A stretch of DNA of 64,000 nt from Antedon mediterranea. Its lineage: Eukaryota; Animalia; Echinodermata. Where the stretch lies: the NCBI RefSeq assembly GCF_964355755.1, contig NC_092672.1, positions 4,526,001 to 4,590,000 on the forward strand, in the 5' to 3' direction. Below the pieces are notes generated by a model that did not search any database, was not told where the DNA came from, and worked only from the letters and a program-made list of their open reading frames with translations. How positions within the stretch are numbered: the first letter of the stretch is position 1; every line of letters starts with the position of its first letter. The position numbers and the translations under genes were made by a program. Of this stretch, positions 13,610 to 23,984 are shown one piece after another.

Positions 13610-13866
13610 TTATAATAGCACATATAAGCATGCTCTCAAGGCGCTGCACATTATGAACCCAGTCATTTTTTGGATCAAATACTGGAAACATACTCCCATA
13701 ATGCAGCTAGTAATCAGTGCAAAGTTGTGTCTTGATCTAACCCATTTGTATCCTACAGGAAACTGACAGTAAAGTGTCTTGCCTAAAGGATACAAGCAAT
13801 GTGCCGAGAGTTGGATTCGAACCACAATCTCACGATCAGTAATTCAACACACTGCGCCACACGCCC
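13610..13866 (-). mobile_element. tRNA-derived SINE with CORE-like central domain
   Basis: Minus strand: A box TGGCGCAGTG, B box GGTTCGAATCC, then tcctttaggcaagacactt..cagtttcct..aaatggg; L2-like tail. Confidence 0.7.
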
Positions 13867-13882
13867 TTATATAATATACGTA

Positions 13883-14096
13883 TTATTGTCTTTCATAGTA
13901 CAGCATGTATGCCTTCTGAGAGAGCATTTCTGATGTCCTTGCACTTCTCACACTCCTATCAGATATACACAGCCAGTCCTTACTTGCCTCTTCACCAATA
14001 CCTGGTGATCTCCGATAAGTTAAAAAATGACCAGAATAAGCATCTCCGACATGCACGATGGCTGCCATCAATTTGAAAGAATCCGACGTTGTAGAT
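13883..14096 (-). CDS. USP30: USP30 terminal exon (His box); 5' boundary uncertain (see finding)
   Basis: FKLMAAIVHVGDAYSGHFLTYRRSP...WLCISDRSV...AYMLYYERQ*; phase-2 acceptor tcttctag at 14097. Confidence 0.85.
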
Positions 14097-17000
14097 CTAG
14101 AAGATTTTATTGATGTTTCTGTTTTAGAATATTTGTATTTGTTATCAGAGGCGCCTTGAAGCTAAGGTGGTTTCACCTTGTGAGGCGCCTCTGTGTAAAA
14201 TATTTAATTAAACATAATAAAAACAGTAAACAATGCATTATACTATTATTCATTAATTAATTAATTAATTAATTGGTTACATTCGTAACTAAATTAAGCT
14301 GTCTCTTGTTTCATTTCATTTCATTATTTATTTGGTCTATTTAAGTATATACAACACAAAAAAAAACTGAAATTGGGGAGACAAGGGTCAACCTAAGTGA
14401 ACCTAATCACTGTAGCTGAGCCGGTTGACCCAACCCCAAAGTCAGTTTACACATAAAAGACATAAAGACAAAATACAGTTACACCGAATCAAAATGAATA
14501 TGAACTTTTCTAATGAAGGCTGATGGGCTTTCTTTTTTGTTGTAGTAAAAAATACATAAAAAGGTCAATTCTTTTATTCTATTCTTTTATGCATCTTTTT
14601 ATTGACATGAGTAGGGCGGACAAGCATTCATAATAGGGAGGCTTCGCAACCTTACGAATACGATAACGAAAACGGATACGTCATACATTTGTGAAACTTT
14701 TGAGATGATCCCCATTTCATATTCGTAAAGCGTATTCGTGTTGACGAATATCACCAGTCATATTCGTAACTACAAAACGAGTATAGTTTTTGATCTATTT
14801 TGCACATTTTGCATTTGAATCAGGAATGATTCATGATTATAATATAATTATAGATTTATTGAAAGTAATTTACTAAAGTAATTTACTAAATGCCAGGTCA
14901 ATTTTGATAAATAGCAGTTTTTAAAGTCCTTACTCGCTTTGATGTTATGCTAGGCCTAGGCAGCCAAGCACCAGGCAACACGTACCTGCGCTTTGCTCAA
15001 ATTTACCGCAGTCATGTTTTGGACGGCGGCCTCAATATTTCGATACCATGCGAAACAGATTTTTACTGGCTTACGAAAACGAATACGTGTGCGTGACGTA
15101 TCCGTTTCGTTATCGTATTCGTAAGATTGCGAAACCTCTCTATTATTTAGCCACTAGAGACGGATACCAAAATAATAATGCATAACATCACTATAAAACA
15201 GTAAATTTCTATAGTAAGTTGTAGGTTGTAATTAGAAACCCAATACCATGCATGAAAGTTCAGGTCAGGTTAGTGTCTGTGTGATACAAAAGCACCACAT
15301 GTGATGCTGTATCATAGTAGTTGCCTATGACACTGGACAAATTTTGATACATTACAAAATACTGTTATTCTAAAGTTTAAAATCATTACCTGCGAATTTC
15401 TGTTTTGTTAATTGCACAATTACTTATTTTTTGTTTATCCTTTATATGATGATTAGGTAACGAACCAATACTGCAGTAATGTAATCGATGACATGGCAAC
15501 ATTGTTGAACCAATAAATCGTACAGTACTTTTCCTACAAATAGAAAAATAGAAAAAACATTTGGTAAAGAGTAATTTATCGGGCATCTTTATCTAGACAT
15601 AACTAGGAACCACAAAAATAGTAATGTTTTTTATTTTATTTAATTCATTAAATTTTTAATTCTAATTTTTTTGTGCTTTATTTTATTTTGTTTATCTTTA
15701 TAAATTATATTTATTTTAATTTAATTTTAATAGTTACATGTTTATGTCTTGTCATATTGTATTTTTGTGAGGGTCCCTAATGATCAGGATGGATGGAACC
15801 ACCATCGTAAAATATTGTTTAAAACAAAACAAAATATATGGAGTAAACATTTTATTTGCAATACTTACTTTATTGTCTTATTAATAGTTTTATCATTAAC
15901 TTTCATTCTTTTCCGTTTCTTAAGCAACTGTGTCTCGGAAAAAGCATGCATATTTAAATGTTCTGGATATTGAACGTATTCGTCCTTCCTTATTGGAGCA
16001 CCGTTTGCTTGCCAGCTCATTCTTTGTAAATGAATACAAAGGCATTGTGGTACCTGCAAAAAAAACCCAAATTTTTTCTTGATTTCTTAAGGCAGAATAT
16101 GTTTACCTCTTTGGTTTGGATAATAGGTTGAACTTTTTACAATAATAATACAATGACTTTATGGAGACAAGTGAAACCTCTATTAAGGGGACAAGAACAA
16201 GGAGAAATACAGGTTTTAACACTACAACAAACCACTATTCAAGGGACTGACACTTTGTTGAGACCCAAAGATCTCTCCTTAATAAAGAGTTCTACTGTAT
16301 AGCCAAGGTGTTTTTTTTTCTTGCTCATATTTAAAAATCTCATTTATATAATATTTATAAAAAGGTGAGTTTGTTTAAAGTTTAAATTTTTCTAATTTGC
16401 ATTTCCAACTATCCAACAGCAAATATAACGCTTTCTAACACCAATTCTCATACGAGGCTTATGTATTGACCATCAGAAAAATCTGGATTGAGACAGGATT
16501 TGAACCCATGACTCTGAGATTGGCAAGCAAGCATGTCACAGTGCCACATCATTTCAACACTCCTGTTTTATATTTACCTTACTTATAGTCATCTGTTTTT
16601 TAAATATCTTCCTTACATCTGGCCAATTATCTTGATCTTCTCTAATTCTCGTTCTACCTAGTTTCCCAGAACACTTGAGACATGTGACGTCTTGTACTAG
16701 TTCTGATTGGGTGAAAGTTTGCAACAGATCTTCGAGAGTAATAGTACCCCAGGATTGGGTTGGAATTGGTAATGATAAGGTGTCAAATGTTGTCAGGGAA
16801 ATAGGTTTCTGTAGACAAAATTCATTTATGTTAATATTTGTTGATTTTAGTTGATTATATAAATTATATACATTAATGAATAATATTCCAGACTCCAATA
16901 TGTCTCCTCTTTTTAAAAAACAGGAGATGGAAAATTATAAGTTAAACAAAGTCTTATTTGAAGCTTACAACCCTGAAAACTACATCAGGATTGATCTTGG

Positions 17001-19635
17001 GATTGGAAGGCGAGCACATAACCACCAAGCTACTCCAATTTACTGTATTGTACTGTATTATCTTTACATTTCAATTTATAAACAATTTACACTTACTTTT
17101 GTCTTACATAATGTACACGTTAAATGATTAGCTAACGATCCATGGAATGGTTGTTCCACACTAGCAGATACTTTCATCAATTGCAATTCAAATTTTGACT
17201 TCATATTGTGAACTAAAGCCTCTTTCTCTAACTAAAATAACAAAAGAAAAGAAAATATGATTAAAAAACTGTTTTAGATCAACCTGTTCTGTGGTTGGCT
17301 GAAACTTTCAAATTCAATCTGCTCTGTGATTGGTTGAAACTTTCAAATCAACCTGTCATGTGATTGGTCAAAACTTTCATATTCAATCTGCCATCTGATT
17401 GGTTAAAAGTTTCACATTCAATCTGTCCTGTCATTGGTTGAAACTTTGATATTCAATCTGTCCTGTCATTGCTTGAAACTTTCATATTTAATCTGTCATT
17501 TGATTGGTTAAAAGTTTCACATTTAATCTGTCCTGTCGTTGGTTGAAACGTTGATATTCAATCTGTCATGCGATTGGTTAAAAGTTTCACAATAAATCTG
17601 TCCTGTGTTTGGTTGAAACTTTCCAATTCAATCTGCCCTGGTTTATTGAAACTTTTTCTTTCAAAAATTCAAGAAGCTAAAACAATCAAATTCAGTTTAC
17701 AATTCAATAAACTTACATATAATAGTGATGGCTGAAACAAAGATATATGTGAGGCTAGATGCTGTTGATTAGAATCAAGTTCTGAGATGATGAACTGAAA
17801 CAATTCATGTGCATCCTGCAAAGGAATATATTTGCATATAATTAACACATAATTAAGAACAAGTGCGTTTCCACAGTGCATCACTTTGACAGGCTTACAT
17901 TTATAAACAGAAGAATTTTCACTCTTACAATCATAATGTTTTTGTTTTGTTAATTATGCTGAACTCTTTTACACTTAAATTACTCAAATGTCAAATGCAC
18001 CTGGCTATATACAATAAGCAAATTAGGTGATATTTACATACATTATAAAAGTGTGTATTTATGTTTGACATACCTGTTGCCCTCCATACCACCAGTTAGA
18101 TTCATGGAGCACATCCAGCAATTTTTGCGGAGAATTTGTTGCTGTTATTTCATTAGTATTGACAGCTGAAAAACAATGTTCATTTTTCAATATACATAAT
18201 TTAATATTCTGGGGTGTTAGGGCTATACTGTACTTGAATCTTGTTCAGTTTCAGGTTTTTGCTTCCTCAACAAGGTCAATAAATAATCAATAATGCCAAT
18301 TACAGTAGTAAAAGTGGACACAGTGGTCAAGCACCAGAAACACATGTATTACAGTATGTTGTGGTCATTAGAAAAAATAAAAAAAATAAAAGAATTCCTT
18401 AAACCTTTTAGTAGTTTTAATAGCATGAATGCTAGTTTGTGATTTCCTTCCAAATGATCTAGCCATCGAATAAACGGTCTGCAGGCTGCCAAACTTTGAA
18501 TGATTGTGTTTAAGTAACAAGTATTGCCAAGATTCTCTAAACCAGCTACCTTTCCTACAGTGAATGAATAAATGAATAAACAATTTTGTTAACGTGGTAA
18601 TGCACTTGTCAATTGTATGACCCACTATATGACCCCCGGCAGAGGTGCGTCATTTGTCCGATGTGCGTCATACTTTTGAATACCATGACGCACCCGTGCG
18701 TCAAAAAGGTGACTTACCTTTAGGTGACCATGACGCACCCATTTTGACGCACTGTGACCATGTTGTTTATGATATGGTGGGTGGTAAAGTGACGGACATT
18801 GACACACCTTGTTCATTGATGTGACGTACCATCTAGGTTTTTTGACGCACCACTGCGTCAGTAATTATTTGTAAATGACGCACCCATGACGCACCTCTCC
18901 CGGGGGTCGTATAGTGAGTCATACAATTGACAAGTGCATAATACATTACAATGTCAATATTGACCGTGTGTACCGTAACATTGATATGCTTAGTCATGTT
19001 TATAGGCTGTAGAGAAAGCCTCTTCTTAAATTTAAGGCCGAAGCTACTACTAGGCCCTAGCCTAGCAGTCCAGTAGTAGTCTAGGCTAGGCCAAATACAC
19101 GAAAATTGTATCTTCCTATTATTAGACCCTAATAAATAAGGATAATATTAATAATTTAGGATACTAGGCCCCATCGTTCACATTCTTTAATTGTTGACTT
19201 GGCCCTTGGCTACTTACCTACTCTACTGGTCTGGGATAGGCCAACGAAGACCTTATGTTATGCGCGATTTGAACGATTTGCGCAATTTGAAATTGCGCAA
19301 TTTGAAACACATGTTTCAATTCAAATTGCGCAAGGATTTTTTTTGCGCAATTTCAAATTGCGCAAATCGTTCAAATCGCGCATAACACCTTATTCGTCTA
19401 GGCCTCACAGAGGGTCTACCGCGCCTAGCCTAGAGGCCTAACTTGTAGCCTAGGGCCGCCTACTAGGCCTAGGCCCTACTACTACTACTAGCTAGCCTAG
19501 TAGGCCTATAATAAACTTTTACTCACGACGTTTCCCTTTTGTTTCGTCAGGACCACAGAATATATAAGCAGCAACTGCTGACACTGCTAGTGTTGCCAAC
19601 CCGGTAAGAAATGCTAACTTTTCATGATTTATCAT
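13883..19635 (-). CDS. USP30: Ubiquitin carboxyl-terminal hydrolase 30 (mitochondrial outer-membrane DUB), 9 exons, ~452 aa
   Basis: Exons (-): 19635-19527, 18554-18405, 18165-18074, 17815-17717, 17231-17097, 16808-16578, 16053-15869, 15533-15390, 14096 (or 14190)-13883. N-terminal TM helix (LTGLATLAVSAVAAYIFCGP) then a basic stretch; Cys box GLENLGNTCYLN; QQDAHELF; PFHG..C..C; LCIHLQR; His box VHVGDAYSGHFLTYRR; WLCISD with the Ser typical of USP30's atypical triad. Confidence 0.93.
14309..14432 (-). mobile_element. LINE/SINE 3' tail remnant (same family as 4228-4347)
   Basis: Reverse complement of gggtcaac..gctcagctacagtgatt..gttcacttaggttgaccct..tctccccaatttcag. Confidence 0.7.
14634..15142. 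mobile_element. Non-autonomous DNA transposon with ~50-bp TIRs
   Basis: tagggaggcttcgcaaccttacgaatacgataacgaaaacggatacgtca...tgacgtatccgtttcgttatcgtattcgtaagattgcgaaacctctcta. Confidence 0.85.
15390..15533 (-). CDS. USP30: USP30 exon 8 (variable insert region)
   Basis: ttgtag|G AAA...CGC AG|gtaatg; phase 2-2, 144 nt open. Confidence 0.7.
15869..16053 (-). CDS. USP30: USP30 exon 7
   Basis: tgcag|GTA CCA CAA (VPQCLCIHLQRMSWQANGAPIRKDEYVQYPEHL)...AA|gtaagt. Confidence 0.9.
16170..16279. mobile_element. MITE family B (pogo/Tigger-like ends) copy
   Basis: cctctattaaggggac...ccttaata..gagttctactgta; related pieces near 7831, 9125, 9945, 10100, 26570, 29957, 34027, 35488, 40475, 46060, 50640, 60481. 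Confidence 0.6.
16578..16808 (-). CDS. USP30: USP30 exon 6
   Basis: ctacag|AAA CCT...AAG|gtaaat; TFDTLSLPIP...LEDLLQTFTQSELVQDVTCLKC. Confidence 0.9.
17097..17231 (-). CDS. USP30: USP30 exon 5
   Basis: ttttag|TTA...AAA|gtaagt; QPFHGSLANHLTCTLCKTK. Confidence 0.88.
17277..17655. repeat. ~35-bp minisatellite x~11
   Basis: attcaatctgtcctgtcattggttgaaactttcat units. Confidence 0.9.
17717..17815 (-). CDS. USP30: USP30 exon 4
   Basis: ttgcag|GAT GCA CAT GAA (DAHELFQ)...TAT|gtaagt. Confidence 0.9.
18074..18165 (-). CDS. USP30: USP30 exon 3
   Basis: ttcag|CT...CAA CAG|gtatgt; LLDVLHESNWWYGGQQ. Confidence 0.85.
18405..18554 (-). CDS. USP30: USP30 exon 2 (Cys box)
   Basis: ctgtag|GA AAG; KVAGLENLGNTCYLNTIIQSLAACRPFIRWL; donor G|gtttaa is weak. 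Confidence 0.9.
18601..18938. mobile_element. Non-autonomous TIR element with GACGCAC subterminal repeats (CACTA/EnSpm-like)
   Basis: ~55-bp inverted arms tgcacttgtcaattgtatgac.cactat..gacccccgg.agaggtgcgtca and its reverse complement. Confidence 0.75.
19256..19387. mobile_element. 132-bp MITE, 45-bp TIRs, TGT...ACA ends, 5-bp TSD CCTTA
   Basis: cctta|tgttatgcgcgatttgaacgatttgcgcaa...ttgcgcaaatcgttcaaatcgcgcataaca|cctta. Confidence 0.88.
19527..19635 (-). CDS. USP30: USP30 exon 1 (ATG, TM anchor)
   Basis: MINHEKLAFLTGLATLAVSAVAAYIFCGPDETKGKR, donor C|gtgagt. Confidence 0.85.
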
Positions 19636-19639
19636 AATT

Positions 19640-19850
19640 ATTTGTTAAAAAACAACATCAACGTGTGTCGTCGAAAAACATCACATCGGAGCTCTATTAT
19701 TTATACCGTTTCGGTAGATTGAACATAATCGACTATATCATTTCTACTGAGCAAAATTGGACATACCAAAAGTAGACTTCAGATATGTTAGACCTAATAT
19801 TATGGAACGCCAATAGTGCCTTCGGTAGAAATTTCCGCTCTTTTATCATT
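19640..19850 (-). promoter_or_regulatory. Probable USP30 5'UTR/core promoter
   Basis: Immediately upstream of the ATG and locally CpG-richer; positional inference only. Confidence 0.4.
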
Positions 19851-20009
19851 TTGGGATTTGTAAAAATGTGTTAACACAGGGACAAATCCAAGACTTTTTG
19901 AACAGGGGAGCACTAACATATATCAAAAGGAGGAGCATGTGCCCTTATTCCCTTTAGCTTTTCCCCAGTAAACAAGGGCAATGAAACTATATATAATATA
20001 TATTATTAT

Positions 20010-20366
20010 ATTCTTGCTCCTCAATCTATCTCTCAATTACTTGCTAAGATCTAATGGCCGCATGGCCACACGGCAGATCACTAACGGTGATCTTATACAG
20101 TTTTTTAGCTTCAATGCTCCAACTTTTTTAAATTCTCTTTCTTTAGATATCTGACTTGCTTCATCTTACTCTTCCTTTAAATTTCTGCTCAAGAACCATA
20201 TTCTTGTTTAGTTGCTTCTTTTGTCCTATCTTTTCTTCTGAGAGGGCCAATTTAATTTAATTTAATTCATTTAATTTTTGATTCTAAATTGTTTGTGCTT
20301 TATTTTATCTTCGGCTGGATGGACCACCCTCGTAAAATATTTTTGAAATAAACAAATAAATAAATA
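20010..20366 (+). mobile_element. Decayed CR1/L2-type LINE 3' end
   Basis: NSLSLDI*LASSYSSFKFLLKNHIL resembles the ORF2 C-terminal WNSLP..FK..LK motif; tail shared with 15630-15835; (TAAA)n end. Confidence 0.6.
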
Positions 20367-21499
20367 CAGTAAATATAATAATTTCTATATTTTATTTTCC
20401 CTCAGTTTATTCAGCAAACAAATTTATAGACATGGCTAAAATGATTGAGACAAAATAAAAATACCCTGAAAAAAAATATCTATACAGATTTATAATGATT
20501 CAGACTTGATAATATAGAAAAAATGTATTAAATATTTTAGAAAATTCTGAAGCATTTGGATCTTAAAAAATTGTGAACTGCTGTACGCCATATTGCTAAC
20601 AGTAAACAATATATAACAGTATACGGTCAACAATAATAGTATGGGTATAATCATGGCATAATTATATATAAAAAATCTTTAAATATTGGGTTTATACAAC
20701 ATACATAGATTCTTTATTCATCCTTTCTTTTAAAGAGGTATTGTCTCTCAAAAATATGAAGACTAAAATCAGACTTGGAACACAGGCCATTTTGAAGTTT
20801 GAATAAAGGTAATCACTTCCGTAGGGAAAAAAAAAACAAGACAAAATAAACTTTAATGTCTCCAGCCATTTTAAATCTCCTTAATTTTTTATTTGTGTAA
20901 AAAATATATAAAAATTCCTATTTTTTAAATGTAATCCAACAATGCAAATAAAATAATAATAATAATAATGCTTTTTTGAGGATTTAAAAAAAAAACAAAA
21001 AATGTTGATTGACAATACTACATCTAGCAATTGCGCAGCCTACATGAATCTAGAATCTGTGTATGAGGTATAAAAAACAATATTTCTTACTGTGTTTGGA
21101 GAAAGAACTTAAACCTACCACCACAAATTGAAAGTAAGGTCATGCATTTAATAAATATATATTTGTGTAAAAAATTGTAATTTTGAATTGTTTTTTCCAT
21201 AGTGCATTTATATTGTTTATGCGGACATTTATCCTTAATCAGTAGCAAATAAAATAAAAATATGAAAAATTGAAATCGGCACATAGATTAAAAATTAATA
21301 GACCATAAAAGAAATCTGTATATGTTCACTATTAAATGGCAATTGTGATAGCTTCAGTAACTACTCCAATTTTCAAGTGGAAGCTTCCATTGTAAGCATG
21401 ACGTGATGTTTCTTTCCTAGTCTTAGTTGCAATTTTAGTGTGATCGTCTTTGCGACAGTCCAAGAAATTATAAATTTTGTAGTTTATTAAGCTACCTAA

Positions 21500-21682
21500 A
21501 GCTCTGTCTTCACTATCAAACTAGTTTGACCAGGGAGTAACTCCCTGGTTTGACAAACAAAGTGTGATGTGCACAAATATGGTAATGATATACCCAAATA
21601 TGGAAGTGATATGACATCATCATGTCCATATATGGGCACATCATATTTTTTTCTCACATAAAGTTTGATAGTGTAAACAGAG
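21500..21682. mobile_element. MITE family A copy
   Basis: Both TIRs and the family internal sequence. Confidence 0.85.
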
Positions 21683-23789
21683 AAAGCAAACATAACTTCA
21701 AAATACCAACTTTACGGTACTTTCAATTTGTGATTGTAGATTTATTTCAATTTAATTTCAAATTATAATTTGTCTTCGACGCTGATAAGGAGTATAAAAA
21801 ATAGATTTTCTCAAACTCTTTTACTTAGAACCATAAAAACAAGGAATAAACCAGATTTACTAAAAAATCCAATATAAAATAAATATCAACAAAAATCAAA
21901 AATCATCAATATATCCCTGACGTTAGTAATGGTGATGATAATAATAAAAAGAAACATATTTAAAACCTATTTCTTGGGAATGCGTTAAAATTATATAATA
22001 CATTAGTTTTTGAAAGTATATAATATTCCTTTATGAAATACAAGACTTTAATACTGAAGTATTTTAAGAGATTGAAACTAGAAACTATTTTTGCTACAAA
22101 TATACATCAAATGATACTAGAATACATACACTCACACATTGAATTAAATACACATGTTTGCACCATGTTTCTGTACATATATTACAATGCAAGATATTAA
22201 CAATTATCTATGCATATTCATAAGTTATATATACATTATTCATTAGCATGCACCTTTGAAATTAACATGCTGTTTTGCATCTTTTTTAATGGCAACCAAA
22301 TGTACATATATATATGTACATCGCACATAGTATAAGCAACTTCTGAATTCAATATTACTAATAAATAATATCTACAATAAAAATAAAAGTTAGGTCTATA
22401 AAGAAAAAATTATATAACCAATGATTATTCGATCATATACGGTATGCAAATTATTTCATGAATAAACATGTGTTCATTCATGAATATTAATATATTCAAA
22501 TCTGTGGAATGTTATGGAAGACATACAGTTTGGCCAAGATTGAAACAGTAACGGAACCCAGTCGTATTCTTACTATATTTAAAATTGAAATCTTTCCCTC
22601 ATAATTATTATACAAATAGCAAATAAACAACAAGGTTTTACGTACAAACATTAACAAAAGACAATTTTATACAACATAACATTTCTACTATATATAAACA
22701 ATAAACAAATAAATTCGTTAAAATTGTTGCATCTCGTTTAAATTTCTTTCTAAAAATATATTTTTGTTTTCTAACGGGAAGAATTAGTAATTTTCATGCA
22801 TTTTATTTAATATATAGATGTTTCTGTATACTGTTTTATTCATTATTGGTTGGAAAGTGTTGAATATGTTTTAGATTAAGTAGTATATACTGTAGCACTA
22901 AATGAATATGAAATAAATATCTCAAAATGGCTGCCATAATACACATATTCATGTTTTTATCAATAAATAATTTGTGGCATAAATAGAATAATTTGATAAA
23001 ATTGTATTTTGAGGCTAGTAATGCATTGTATATGAAAATAAGATGCAATTAACATATTCAAATATTCATGATATATTATTTAAACATTCATGATTTTAAA
23101 CATATCATTGAAATATTCATGATTTTAAAACATTCTCAAATATTCATGATTTCAAATATATTATTTAAATATTCATGATTTCTAGCATATCATTATCATT
23201 TACATGATGATGAATTATACCTATTTCTATAATGTAATTATAAATGTTTTTGGTAAAAAATAAATAATCTTTAATAAATATCATTTTCTTATACAGTAAT
23301 TAAATTCATAACGCAAGTAATTTTAAAAATCGTATACTACATATATTTCATTTAAGCATGTATTGTACGAGCTAGGTAATTTAACCTTTGACTCCAAGTA
23401 CATTGCTAATAAAAGTATTAGCTCACAAAGTTGCTCTTTACAAAATCAAGCTATTTTCAAACAAGAATGATTTAGGATTCTAGTAATACCGTAAGGGACA
23501 TAAACCTTCGATAGACCAGCTTCCGAATTGTTCTTAACTTTTCTAAAATGATGATAATAATATCACCTCCCCACAACACAATATTTATAAAAGAAAAGGC
23601 CTTGCGGTTGCGGCTTGCAATCTTTTTTTCCTCTCTTCTTTTTCACCAAAGATTCTAGAAACTAAATTCCCTTTTTCCTCACAACTGTTGCAACAGATGT
23701 ATCATCAATTCCTCGTAAATATTTCTCAAAAATATTCTCAAGACTTTTTCTCATCAATCATTAATTCCGTGAAGGACGTCTTCTCATAT

Positions 23790-23984
23790 TCATTTTTTTT
23801 TTTGCTTGCCAGATTCTCCTCCGCCGAATTTCTTTAAAAACGCCTTCCCTTTTGAGAGTAGTCCCTTCTTTTTCTTTGAGTCATCAATACTCGTCGGACT
23901 CACCTGATCCAACCCGTTACTTTGCTTTGAAACAGTACTGCCTATCGAAGACTGCCGTCCCAAGTCTTGCAGCGAATCCTTGGT
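23790..23984 (-). CDS. RIMBP2: RIMBP2 terminal coding exon
   Basis: ttcttctccccag|ACC AAG; ...[19 protein letters not shown]...*. Confidence 0.85.
   Translation of the reverse strand, partial: TKDSLQDLGRQSSIGSTVSKQSNGLDQVSPTSIDDSKKKKGLLSKGKAFLKKFGGGESGKQKKK

Noticed and set aside
14162-14180. 15-nt GT...AG micro-intron inside the USP30 insertion
   Set aside because: Too short for the spliceosome, and removing it does not restore the frame.
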